NCBI GenBank assembly: GCA_951406725.2 | Contig: OX597814.1 | Coordinates: forward strand, 45,570,001 to 45,634,000 | Reading direction: 5' to 3' | DNA length: 64,000 bases | Source: Octopus vulgaris | Taxonomy: Eukaryota | Shown here: in pieces, positions 1 to 11,980 of the stretch | Layout: each line of letters starts with the position of its first letter | Position numbering within the stretch: position 1 is the stretch's first letter | Notes under the pieces: model-generated | Databases searched by the model: none | The model's input: only the letters and a program-made list of their open reading frames with translations | What the model was told of the DNA's origin: nothing | Position numbers and translations under genes: made by a program

Positions 1-150
1 AACAGAAATTGTTTGACAATAGTTAGATGCAGACGAGTCTCCAGAACATTTTCCAAAGCAACTGCTATTCCCAAAAGTTTATGGTGGATGTCTGGTGGTT
101 TGCGAAAGGTATATTCCACTATTCTTTTTGCAACAAAGGCAATCACTGCA
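1..150 (+). mobile_element. Mariner (Hsmar1/cecropia-like) transposase relic
   Basis: Translates as LDADESPEHFPK…FMVDVWW…GIFHYSFL, resembling mariner WLD.DEAPKHFPK…VMVTVWW…G.IHYSFL. Confidence 0.7.
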
Positions 151-194
151 AGCTCACAGTTAAGAAATTGAGCCCTCATATGAAAAACTGAAAG

Positions 195-2100
195 CAAAAC
201 AGTCAAGACAGCCTCCATTTCCATCCTGTTCTGAACTCAATACCTGACAGACTTTATGGTAGCAGGGGTCTAGGTATTGCAACATCTCCCCAGCATGGGT
301 CATTTTGAATTCTTCTCTCAGGTTATTGAGGAGCTTCAACTTGTTCAGGGCAGTGATGCTCAGGCACTGAGGAACTCCTAGCCATTTCTGCAGAAACCCA
401 CTAACTCTCCTCACTGCAGATATTGGGACCTAATGTACAAAGAGTTGCCAAAGAATCCATGGATGGATGCCATGTTGGAAAATCTAGATCATAAACTTAC
501 CAGGAAGATCTAATGCATCTGTTATCCTCACTGTTTGAAAGACACGGCAGGAATGATCTCATTTGAGATTACAGCCATCTTTGTCTGGGTTTTTCCTGTT
601 GTGTCCACTGATCTGATTGGTTGACATGTGGCACGATTTGTCTCTACTTATTTCGCGCCACTGTCCAAAGCCAACCAATCACGGCCTTTGGTTAAGGTCT
701 CGTGACACCCTTTTTCCTAGGCTCTGTTGAGCCATCTTTCTTGTATATAAGGGATTGTTCTCAGTATACTTGGTCTTTCGGCTCCAGACCTTTTGAGGTC
801 TAGTCACTGACCACAGAGCTACTCAACATGTTCCAGTTCCAGCAACAGACGACCAGCCATGTTCCTGCTTCAGCTACAATGACGCTAATGTACACCTGCA
901 GCAGAACGTCTTCTATCTCCGCCGCCGTCGTCACCATCATTGTACCAACTTCAAGTCGTCTCTACCACTGTCGCCATTACCATCATCCACTTCAGATATG
1001 TACACACCAACTTCACAGACCCACGCTGTTAGAGTGAATCCTTTCACCAAGTAAAACAGTCAATCTGAAGAATTCTATATTAAGAGAACCAGCTCGGCGA
1101 TTGAGACCACAACCGTGGCATGACAATATTCGCCCAACCGGTCTCCGCCCGAAACACAACATCTTGTTAGAGAACTCTTGCATATCATGTACCTTATGAA
1201 CTGTAATCCAAATTCCATCATTAACTCTATGCTCTGTATTTCTGTGTCATACGCATTCACCTTATCTGTATCTATCACACACACGAACACACAGACACAA
1301 ACACTTGTTGCATGCGCACATACACAACACTTGCTAGCACAAATAAAATCTTATCTTCCCTCAAACAGTGGAACGGCTTGTCATCACTCATTTATATTCT
1401 GTTGGCACTGTATTGTATAAATTGTATTTATGGCTTATCTTATTTTGTTAGGGATGTGACTGTGTGACTTACCTATGTCACCAACTTCCTCACATACGGT
1501 CGTATTCCTACACATCCATTGTGGATAGCTAAAAGGCTTCCAATACCTTGTTGGTTTCACACATAGATGATGTGTCTTTAACGTTGCTGTTAAACACTTT
1601 TTCTAGGTTCTTCACTTGTTTTTGGGGTGATATTATCTGAATGCTATTGTCTGTGAAGCTGAACATTCTTCTAACTCTGCCTTTCTTCAGCACAAGATTT
1701 TTCGACTTGACTGGCTTGAAACTCATGCGTGTCCAGGTCAACCCTTCAAAGCTCTTCAGGATCCTCCTGCACCTTTTGATTGATGTCATAGTTAGGTCAG
1801 TCATAAAGGCTCAAACAGAAGGCTGTTGAACACCAGACATGGTGAATGACCCTCAACTCTGTACATCTGCTGACTTTATCAACATGTTCATTGCAAGCAC
1901 CAAAAGGGTCGCTGAAATGGTACATTGAGTGATAATACCTTTCTCCAAGTTGTGCCACTGTTGTAGAAGTAGCAATGACTATCAGACTGAAGCTGTTGTA
2001 ATAGTCCAGAATTAGATCTCTAAACCTGTTTGGGACATGGTGTCTGTTCAGAGCCTTCTCAATTAACCTATGTGGCATGAATCCATAGGCATTCATAAGA
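195..2100 (-). mobile_element. Decayed HERO/R2-like non-LTR retrotransposon RT region, split by a 1-kb insertion
   Basis: NAYG..PH.LI (ORF 1797..2096), WTRMSFKP.KS..LVLKKG (ORF 1529..1804), LPGKF..IFQHGI and QKWLGVPQCLS (ORF 160..414), with stops and frameshifts. Confidence 0.75.
525..1525. mobile_element. Unclassified 1-kb non-coding insertion in the HERO-like LINE
   Basis: The LINE reading frame breaks at both edges. TA lies on both flanks, the termini are imperfectly inverted (tcctcactg / cattgtgga), and there is an internal TATATAAG. Confidence 0.5.
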
Positions 2101-3443
2101 TTCAGTATGTAATTATTGTTATTATGAGAAATGTTTAAGAAAATAAATTCAAAGGCCTTTTACAGGTCTTTTGAGACAAGTGGTTGGGAGGAAGAACCTG
2201 CAGTTATTGATAATCCCTATTTGGAACTCTGTAAGTATATCATTTGAAAGTACATGGTCTTGGTATCTTGCCACCAAATAGAGTAATCTTTTGTTGTGTT
2301 ACTTATGAGGATAGGTTCCACATTTATTTGATGACAGGTCTTCTCTGGAGATCCAGTTCTATTTATAGAGTGGTATTGATATGTACTTTTGAAAAACAAA
2401 TTATAAGCTGTATGTAGTTATACTTTCTTAATGTAAGCCACAAATGATGGGCTTCAGATGTTTGGAAACTATACAGTTTTATTTAAGAGATACCGTTCTC
2501 AACAAGGATATTATTAACCAGAAAAATCTGAGACAAATGAAGTAATAATTTACATCTGAAGTTGATTCTACATGGAAGGATTTTAATGTAGAATAACGAA
2601 AATGTAACGTTAAGCACAAGGTCACAAATTTTTGTGAAGGATCAGTTGAATGAATCATCATCATCCTTTAACGTCTACTTTCCATGCTAGCATGGGTTGG
2701 ATGGTTTGACAGAAGCTAGTAAGCCAGAAGACTGCACCAGGTTTCATTGTCTGCTTTGGCAAGTTTTTATGTCTCAATGAGCTTCCTAACACCAACCGCC
2801 TTACGTGACACCAGCACAGGCATGGTTTTTACAGCTGGATGCCCTTCCAAAATGCCAACCACTTTACAGTGTGGAATGGATGCTCTTTACGTGACACCAG
2901 CACTGGCGGGGACACCAAATAAGTTGCAAGACAAAAATCCATTGAGAATAGGAGAATTGGGGGAGGTGGCCTTGTGCCAGGTGATAGGAGGTTAGAGTGT
3001 AACAGGACAGAAACAGGTGTCTTGTGGAGGAGATACATGTTTACCCAGTCAGAGAGAAAGAAAAGGAGAGAAGGGGGAGGGAGAAGAGAGAGCAATAGAG
3101 AGATGGTGGTGATGTGCCATTCAGAGATTGAACTTCGTCCCGCCAAGATCAGTAATTGCAGGTCATTAAGTTTATTCTATTTAACTGTTGTAAATTTCAG
3201 AACTTAGAAATATCCTGCTATAAATCAAAACCAGCGCATTTAGCTACATCTTTTCGGAATCTACGCTTTCCAGCTGACGTCGACTCACAGCAATTCAAAA
3301 TGAATGTGGACTGCATTGATCTCACACATATTCATGGCAACTGTACTTCTTTTGACTTACTGTAATTAAAATGCAAAGAAACATTAAAACCAAATAAAAA
3401 TATAAGACCAACTCTAAAATGCTACTTTCTTATTTGTTGACTC

Positions 3444-3647
3444 GGATCTTTTCATTTTCGTCGCCTGGACGTCAGATCTTTCTAGTTAACTAAATAATTT
3501 GAAGCTTCGTGTACTGGTACAATTCCGTTTTCATTCTGGTTTACAATTAAGTTTACTTTTGACACATTCTACCAGTATACGAAGTTTCAAATTGTTTGGT
3601 TCAGTAGGAAAAATTTGAAAAAACAGGCGACGAAAATGAAAAGATCC
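3444..3647. mobile_element. Merlin-type MITE (204 bp)
   Basis: Perfect 24-bp TIR GGATCTTTTCATTTTCGTCGCCTG and perfect 8-bp TSD GTTGACTC (3436-3443 and 3648-3655). GG termini with an 8-bp TSD fit Merlin/IS1016. Confidence 0.8.
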
Positions 3648-3699
3648 GTTGACTCTTTTACATTTGAATGCTAGTTGTTTGATTTCACAAAAATTATCG

Positions 3700-5100
3700 C
3701 TTAATCTATTATAAACCTAAACACGAGGAGGGTTATCGTAAATTTCTTGCTATCAGATAAACAAAGGCGCGTGAAAGTCATTTATATATTTTAATACCAC
3801 TAATCATGATTATTACGTGTGCTGAATAATTTCAATCAACTTTTAGGTCGGTATCTCTCTTGAAACATTTTAGTAATACCGGAACAAACCAAGTAAATAA
3901 TTATAAAACTAGTTTTTCTTATATTCTATGTGAATTGTAACACAAAAACGAAATCGTACAACACACTGCCGCGAGTTCCACATGTTGCGCCAAAAAAAAT
4001 TATATAAGGGCGAAATAGAAATCAAACGGGAATAGTTTCCTTGAACACCGCTGATGTTTACTTACACATGTTAGCTGAATTGACCTTGTTTTAAAATCGA
4101 AACCATGCGACGATCAGTCAACTGCGAAACTATAACACATTGTTTTTATTCATTATTTATGTTGATAATAGTAGTCATAATTTTGAGCAATCCAATGAAT
4201 TGACTACATTGATGGGCCCCATTTAAATCGCTCTACTTAATTTATTCTGAGGAGATGAAGGGTGAGAAGTGATCATTACTTGAGGCACGCCGCTATCAGT
4301 AAAGACAAACAAAATGTAAGTACAAAACTACTGTGTCTGTTGTTTGCAATATTATCCATTCGTATCTTGCTGGAAAAATATTCTTGCCGTGTATTATTTT
4401 TACGTTATTAACTTCTGACATTACTTGAGTTTTTCTTATATTCTATGTAAATTTTATGGGTCACCCTTTTTTTTTTTTTTGAAAGGTGTAGTACCCGTGA
4501 CCTTCGTAGCCCTCCGGGTGTGGTGAGATTTATGTTGAGACTTTTCAAAATATTAATGCTTTGCCTATTGTAGTCAGACAAAAATTTAGATATTTTAATT
4601 TCGATTCGTAGATCGCTTCATAGTTGAGCCCCACTGCGTCAAACATTTGGGAGTACTTTACCTAGAATGGACACAGCCAATTCTCTGTGGGTGTGTTACT
4701 CAGAGATTACTTTGCTTTAGATCAGGCGTGAACAGCCTTTTTCGAAAAGTATGCAGCATAAGACTGAGCTCCTCATCAGGCAGGCCGCATTACTAAAAGA
4801 AATTCAAGGTAATTTCTAGTTTCGGCATGCCATTTAGAAAGTCCCGCTGGTCGCAGTTTGCCCAAGATTGCTTGAGCTCGATACCAATTCAGCGCACGCT
4901 CACAAACACACATGCTTGCATCTCCACAATACGGAAATGTTGCATTCCTTAAATCATTACTATAACGTTGAATTCCATAGGGTGAAACGTGTCCCTCGTT
5001 GACTTGTAAGTTAACAGAAAATAAGCTTCACGTTACGACAAGATTTTTCGGAAATGCTTCTCTGTGTGTATACATTTATAAAAATCAATTAATTGTCCAT
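3700..5100. promoter_or_regulatory. CpG-retaining unique region, candidate SLC25A26 promoter and 5' UTR exon
   Basis: CpGs are visibly more frequent than in the introns. TATATAAG lies near 4000 and plus-strand GTAAGT donors are at 4316 and 5006. Coding exon 1 has an acceptor, so an upstream exon is needed. Confidence 0.3.
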
Positions 5101-5444
5101 TGGCTAGAAATTACAGTATTATAAATATCAGCAAAAGAGTGAGTATAGTTTATTTTGTCAGTATATTACTGGTTAAAATGTTACTGTAAGATTCGGTGTG
5201 AAACCAACGGTAACATTCTGACAGTTATATGCCATAATGATATATTCTTTGACAATAAACGCAAACTTACCTTCTTAAAGGGATCGTATTCTTTAGTGAC
5301 ATTGGGGTATATGATGATTAAGTGAATCATCATCATCAACATTTAACATCCATTTTCCATACTGGCATTTGTTGGACTGCTTGATATGAACTGGCAAGGC
5401 TAGGGGGCTGCACCAGGTTCCATAGTCTGTTTTGGTTTGGTTTC

Positions 5445-7090
5445 TGTTGTGCATGGGAAATGAAAAGAGGTTCACCTACCTTCCTCTCCTGTCTAGTAGT
5501 AATCTCTCCGGCGATTTTGCCCTACCTCTGTCACTCAGTATAAGCAGCTGCTATCTGACCAACCCGGGAGTGAATTCCTTGACGTCCATTCACGATGCCT
5601 CTACCTGGCAAGAAGAGGCTGAGCCTTGCCTCTCCCCCCCACTCCCCCTCTTGCGCTTCTTCTTCCGGCCAGTCCCTTGACCATTGACATCATGATCCTC
5701 TTCTTCTGGTTCATCCCCACATGCCCCCTGATCTCAAAGATCACCTCCTTACTTCACTCCATGTCGAAATCTACCACCCACTCAGGTGACAGAAATGTTT
5801 TTGGAATTGACAACCGTTGCTATTCCTCTGTTCCACTGAGTTGTGCAGTGTGCCTTTGGTGGCTTGACCTAGACTTCATCTCCTACCTCCACAAAGACGG
5901 GCCCTCTTTCTTCTACAGGGCATCTCAATGGTTTAATCAGATACTGCTATTCATATTTGAATATCGCTCTATGTTGTACGGACTCTTTCGGCCTACCCTG
6001 GTTCATGTTGTACAAGAAAACTGCTTCCAGCGGTGAGATATGTCCCCTTTCCACCTTGGCCTTGATCATTCAATGATGTCTCTCCACAATCCCATTTCCA
6101 CTTGGTCTGTATTCTGCTCTGAAAAAGCAGTGCACTTTCCACCTGTCAAGCATCTCCTTCAGCACCTCCAAACAAAACACTGTGCTGTTGTCCACCAGCA
6201 ATTCATCCGCAGGGCCCTGCTCTAAGAATACCTTGTTTAGAATACATGCCATCTTGTCCGCAGTGCCTGCCCTCAATTCCCTCCAAATGGCCATCCAGCC
6301 CGGCCCACAGTTGACCATTGAAAGACAAGCCCCCTTCCGGTAGTGTGTTACATCCGCTGCTAGTTGTTTCCAGTTGTGCTCTACTGAAATGTTTCCCTGC
6401 TCATGCACACCTGGAGCAGGGTCGATGGATTGACACCTATTGCAGTTCCTGACCACCTTTTGGATGCTCTGTCTGGTAACATTGGTGTCAATTGTCATTT
6501 AACTGACACACTGCAGCTACCCCTTGCTTCGATTCTTCTGGCTCCCCTAACCAGGCCATTTTTACTCTGGTTAGAACGTCTGTCTTGTTTCTCTCAGAAG
6601 GTACAAAGACCACATTCAGCTTCAGGCCGAACTCACCAATCAGCTCTCCTAGAAACCCTAGGTAGCACTTCACTAACATTTCTGCAGCCCCTTTGGTTCA
6701 CACCCTCTTCTTGTCAGTGATCACCAACCCTACCCAGCCAAGCACGGTGACCGAATCCATCAGGATTTCAATGGAGTACAGCCCCCATTTCAAATCTATA
6801 TTCACTCCCTTCAGCACTGCGCCCAACTCAGTGATATTGATGTGGTCGTATTTGTCTGCTTTTCAAAGCCAGGCCGCATCCTCCACTTCAGCACCTCTGA
6901 TTTCTAACACAACCCCTATCGCGAGGTGAACCTCTTTTCATTTGCCACACATGACAAGCTATTTCGGCAACCATATACAGATATCATTGACCCCTTAATA
7001 TATGATGGCAGCGAAGATTTGGATTGGCAGTGATGTCATCAGAGCTTTCTATGGTGAAGGAGACATAGTAGCCTGGATTTGAAAGGTACA
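5445..7090 (-). mobile_element. Rearranged Gypsy LTR retrotransposon relic (RNase H, integrase, PPT and 3' LTR on -; LTR end plus gag start on +)
   Basis: Integrase CNRC, WKQLAADVTH, ELLVDN and YRPSGNGIVERHH (ORF 6070..6498). RNase H-like VPSERNKTDVLTR. Polypurine tract at about 5630-5650 and an LTR ending ACA at 5445. Gag-like IRAFYGEGDIVAW on + from about 7002. Confidence 0.85.
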
Positions 7091-7187
7091 CCAGCTTCAT
7101 TCCTCCCCAACTTTTGCAGGTCCTCCATATTCAGGGACCATGTCTCACTATCATGCAGCATTGCAGTTTGTATACATGCATCATACC

Positions 7188-7393
7188 TATTTCTTTATTA
7201 CCCACAAGGGGCTAAACATAGGTATTAAGTCGATTACATCGACCCCAGTGCGTAACTGGTACCCAATTTATCGACTCCGAAAGGATGAAAGGCAAAGTCG
7301 ACCTCGGTGGAATTTGAACTCACAACGTAACGACAGACGAAATACGGCTATGCATTTCGCCCAGCGTGCTAACGTTTCTGCCAGCTTGCCACC
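7188..7393 (-). mobile_element. tRNA-derived SINE family A
   Basis: Head GGTGGCAAGCTGGCAGAA…GAGTTCAAATTCC, central GGTCGACTTTGCCTTTCATCCTTTCGG and tail AATAAAGAAAT. Near-TSD gtatacatgca(t/c)catacc. Confidence 0.85.
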
Positions 7394-8083
7394 TTAATGG
7401 AATGGAAGATGGTATACATGCACCATACCATCTTCCATTCACTCAAAGAGAGGTAAAAGCTCCCTGAACTTTCTCCATCTTATTCTTGAAATTACACTTT
7501 CTGTACAACTTCCACCCATTGTTAATTAGGTCACCTAGGTAGCAAAAGTTATCTACTACTTCTAGAGAGCCACTGGACTGGGACATTTGAGGAAATCAGT
7601 TTACCGTGTATCTGTGGGAGTATAATACAAAGTAGTATCTGTAATAATTTTATGTAAATAATGCTCTATCATAATAAATTAATATAAATGGTTGATCCTC
7701 CACAAGATTTCACAATTATTACATGCAGCAAACTTTAAGCAGTTTCCCCCGCTGTTTTGAGGTTATTCTGATTATATAAAAAAATTTCTTTATATCTTTT
7801 CCTTTGATCAACATTAATGATATTCTGATTTTACCACCCCTATTTAGCTGGTTGTTTCAAGCATAAAATTATTTTTTTGAAATCTTCTCCAATCATGTGT
7901 GACAATGTAATGGTTGACTTCAATAAAGATATATATGGAGTGTAGATGGTTTTTGAGGACACAAGCATTTTTAGTCATTATTTTATTTGACTAATTTTTG
8001 TTGAACTTCTGTTTCAGAAAATAACAATGACAGGCCCTATGCTTACTCATGAAATGAAAGGTATGCTGTAATTGTGGCTTTAA

Positions 8084-8304
8084 CCCTTTCATTACCAACC
8101 CGGCTGAAACCACCTCTAGCTCTGTAGTACAAATGTCTTATTTTCATAAGTTTTGAATTAAAATCTTCCACCAAACTTTAGTCACAATTTATGTTCCTAA
8201 CACTAGCTGAATGATGACTAAGTTATTTTACTAAATTCTTTGTTATATTTAAAATAATTGAAAGAAACGCAGAGCATCTCAAAATAAATATGGTACTGAA
8301 AGGG
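8084..8304. mobile_element. piggyBac-type MITE nested in the maT element
   Basis: TTAA TSD (8080-8083 and 8305-8308) and TIR CCCTTTCATTACCA / TGGTACTGAAAGGG. Confidence 0.85.
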
Positions 8305-9020
8305 TTAAAGGCTAAGCATGGTGATTCAGAAATTTCTCATTTTCTGAAAGTTGCAAGATCTTTTGTCCACAAGATTCAGTGTAAATTAGAGAAAGAAAAT
8401 GGAAGCATATTATCTGTATCAATACATACAAAACTTTTCAAATGCTCTGATTCTATCAGGACACCTGAATTTATTCAGGAAGTTAAGCAAAACATTCAAG
8501 ACAATCCAAGAAAATCAATGAGGTCAGTTGCAAAAAAATTTTCTGCGTCAGAAAAACAATCAGAAATGTTGTGCATGAAGACATCAGATACAAATTTTAC
8601 ATAAGGAGAGGTCAATTCATGTCAGAAAAAAACAAAAAAAACGTTTAATCAAATCCAAAAGACTTTTGAACAAACTTAAAAATTCATCAGAAGATAGTGT
8701 GATTTAGTTTTTCACAGAAAACTAACAGAAGAAATGACAGATGGCTATGTGCAAACCCTTCTGAGGTTCCAAGAGTAATGCACACAAAATTTCCTGCATC
8801 ATGGTTTTGGGTGATGTTAGCATTGAAGGACGTGATGCTTCCTCACTTTTTTTCATCAAGGCCTTAGGGTGAATGTTGCTGTGTAAATTTGAGGTTCTGG
8901 ATAAAGTTGTTAAGCCTTGGATCAACAATGTATGCAATGGGAGGTCTTATGTCTTCCAACAGAATTCTGCCCCATCACAAAGGCTCAAATGACACAAGGA
9001 TGGATGGCTGATAATTTGCG

Positions 9021-9535
9021 AAGTCGAAATCAAACTCGGTGACTGGCATCCGTTGCCAGTGGAGTGCTAAGAGTACCTGACGATTGAGATCGTTGCCAGA
9101 GCAACAAACTGGCCTTCGTGCCGATGGCACATTAAGCACACCATTCGAGCATGATCATTACCATCTCACTTTACTAGCACTTGTCGGGCGAGGTTGTCGC
9201 CAGTGCCGCTGGGCTGGCTCCTGTGCACGTGGCACGTAAAAAGCACCATTTGGGCGTGGCCGTTGCCAGTACCACCAAACTGGCCCTCGTGCCGGTGGCA
9301 TGTAAAAGCACCCACTACACTCTCGGAGTGGTTGGCATTAGGAAGGGCATCCAGCCGTAGAAACATTGCCAGATCAGACTGGGCCTGGTGCAGCCTTCTG
9401 GCTTCCCAGATCCCAGTTGAACCGTCCAACCCATGCTACTGCCAGATCAGATTGGAGTCTGGTTCGCCAGACCTCAGTCAAATTGTCCAACCCATGCTAG
9501 CATGGAAAGCGGATGTTAAATGATGATGATGATGA
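9021..9535 (+). mobile_element. RTE LINE 3' UTR fragment with modular repeats and (GAT)n tail
   Basis: Same sequence as the 3' end attached to the RT at 16778-17665; it interrupts the maT transposase. Confidence 0.85.
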
Positions 9536-10352
9536 CATCACCCCCAACATTTAGCTTCCTAATTCTTCAGATCTCAATCCACTGGGCTACGATGTATGGG
9601 GCATCATTAAGAAAAATGTCAGTGAACACCCCCAGAGCACCAAAGATTCTTTGACAGCTGCCATAGTTCGAGTCATGTCCAATATGAACAAGGACCACTG
9701 AATCTAAGCTTGTAAATGATTTTGATCCCGCTCACAGGCAATTATTGATGCTTATGGTGGTTTTATTGAATTAAATTTATCAAATTGATAATTTAGCTTT
9801 ATGTTTATGTTATTTTTATAAAAATACAGTTTTTTTTTCTGTTATATAAACGTTGTTTTAAAACCATAAATCTGTCCTCAAATACTGTTCACACTCTGTT
9901 TAATAAAGGTATTTAATAGAGGTGTATAAATTGAATAATTAGGTATCTCATTTAATAAAATGGAATACCTAATTATTTGTTAAATCAGTGAACACCACTT
10001 TGAACCTTACATCAATGAACATCTGTTTTCATGCTTATTTAGCAAGACGAATAAGTTGAGGTTAATTATATTTAATAAAGAGATAGAAATAGGTTGGATT
10101 TTAATATTATATTAGTATTAATTGCTACAAAGTAATACCCATGTTTAAATCCAGCCAGGGTTGAATTCACATCTTTTTTCATTTGTTACCAGTAGTATTA
10201 TGGTAATGAATCCATAGCCTATACGTAATAGATGTTTTAATATAGTGTATAGTTTTGGTATAGGCTTTTAACCCTTTATAGTGAACTGGGTCTTTGTGAT
10301 AAGCCAGCCTGTCAGACCTTGTTCCTTGTTTAAGAAATGCTAATTTTTGTTT

Positions 10353-10807
10353 CATCATCATCATCATCATCATTGTTTAACGTCCGCTTTCCATGCTAGC
10401 ATGGGTTGGACAATTTGACTGAGGTCTGACAAACCAGACTCCAATCTGATCTGGCAGAGTTTCTACAGCTGGATGCCCTTCCTAACGCCAACCACTCCGA
10501 GAGTGTAGTGGGTGCTTTTATGTGCCACCGACACGAGGGCTGGTTCGGTGGTACTGGCAACGGCCGTGCCCAAATAGTGCCTTTTACGTGCCACCTGCAC
10601 AGGAGCCAGTCCAGCAGCACTGGCGATGACCTCACTCGAATATTTCACATGTCACCAGCACAAGTGCTAGTAAGGCGATGCAGTAATGATCACACTTGAA
10701 TGGTGTGCTTAACGTGCCATCGGCACGAAGGCCAGCTTGTTGCTCTGGCAACGATCTCACTTGTATGGTACTCTTAGCGCTCCACTGGCAACGGATGCCA
10801 GTCACCA
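10353..10807 (-). mobile_element. RTE LINE 3' UTR fragment
   Basis: (CAT)n followed by the reverse complement of the 9021-9535 family sequence. Confidence 0.85.
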
Positions 10808-11132
10808 TTGTACAATATATTTTGTGGATATCATTATTTTTTTGTGATGATACAAAGAAGCACTGTTTATGTATGTGAAAGAAAGAAAGGGCACAAGAAG
10901 TCACTACAATAAACTGAGGATGAAAAACATTGGAAAGCAAATGTCTATGAGTGTCAGTATGTGTTCGGTGGTGACACTGGATAGATTGCAAGTGTAGAGA
11001 AGGGAGACATAACCGAGCACTAATATTAAAAGAGGCCTCTAATGAAGAGCTGGTAAGAAGATAATCATTAAAGAGTAGAACTCATGAAGAAACAGTTTTA
11101 ACAGAAGATTTTTATTCCAGACATGCAAAGGT

Positions 11133-11980
11133 AATTACCTCCGCCAAGAAAGGAGGTTATGTTTCCATAGGCGTTGGTTTGTCTGTCTGTGCAAAATAAC
11201 TCAAAAAGTTGTGAATGGTATTTGATGAAACTTGCAGGAAAAGTTAGCAATGACACAAGGAACAAATGATGAAATTTTGGTAGTGATCTGGAAATTTTTA
11301 TGGATTCTTAAGGATATTTCATTTGTTATATTTACTTTACATGAAATATTACACTATTACATTCTTTGATTATTTCCCTTGAAAACACGTTCAGCATTTC
11401 CACATAACCTATGGTGGCGTTGCTGTTTCCAAAGTTTATTTCATTTCTCTTTTACTTGCGTATCTATCTTAACACTCAAGTTTTAGATAATTGTTGTTTC
11501 TTTTTAGTTGTATGGTGAAACTAGCTTGCTGTTGTATTATAACTGCTTCAGAGGATTCTTGTTTTTAAAGGTTTTTTTAAAAAAATCATATGGCTGTGTT
11601 ATTTTTTTTTAACCCCACCAAAGAGGTTAAGTTTTTGCCGGCATTGGCTAGGGAAATTGGGCAATTTTCAGCATGCGTGTATATGGGTGGAAATGAGCTG
11701 CTTGGCGGAGGTCTGCGCTCGCTGAGTGCTTTTCTTATTTCATTATTGCCCACAAGGGGCTAAACATAGAGGGGACAAACAAGGACAGACAAAGGGATTA
11801 AGTCGATTACATCAATCCCAGTGCGTAACTGGTACTTAATTTATTGACACCGAAATGATGAAAAGCTAAGTCGACCTCGGCAGAATTTGAACTCAGAATG
11901 TAACGGCAGACAAAATACCACTAAACATTTCACCCAGCATGCTAACATTTCTGCCAGCTCGCCGCCATGCTTTTCTAGTT
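11133..11980 (+). mobile_element. Non-autonomous Helentron (HINE/DINE-1-like) element with a SINE inserted in its 3' end
   Basis: Perfect 12-bp subterminal inverted repeats ACCTCCGCCAAG (11137-11148) and CTTGGCGGAGGT (11701-11712). Also a short 5' palindrome, a GTCT microsatellite, a 3' hairpin GCGCTC-gct-GAGTGC and an end of CTAGTT. Confidence 0.75.
11736..11966 (-). mobile_element. SINE family A, full length
   Basis: 9-bp TSD TGCTTTTCT (11727-11735 and 11968-11976). Confidence 0.9.

Larger units (their letters stand above)
7936..9898 (+). mobile_element. maT/DD37D-type Tc1-mariner transposon, decayed, with two nested insertions
   Basis: Imperfect TIRs (…gagtgt…tttgaggaca). Transposase remnants RTPEFI…NPRKSMR, NRRNDRW, TKFPAS, YVFQQNSAP and PNSSDLNPL.Y.VW. 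Confidence 0.8.

Noticed and set aside
4715-4790. Hammerhead-like CUGAUGA…GAAA on the minus strand
   Set aside because: Stem I does not form and no correctly placed UH follows stem III.
5445-6956. Bona fide Ginger DNA transposon
   Set aside because: There is no TSD, it contains RNase H, a PPT and a full LTR on one side, and the right repeat continues into gag. Kept only as a rearranged Gypsy.
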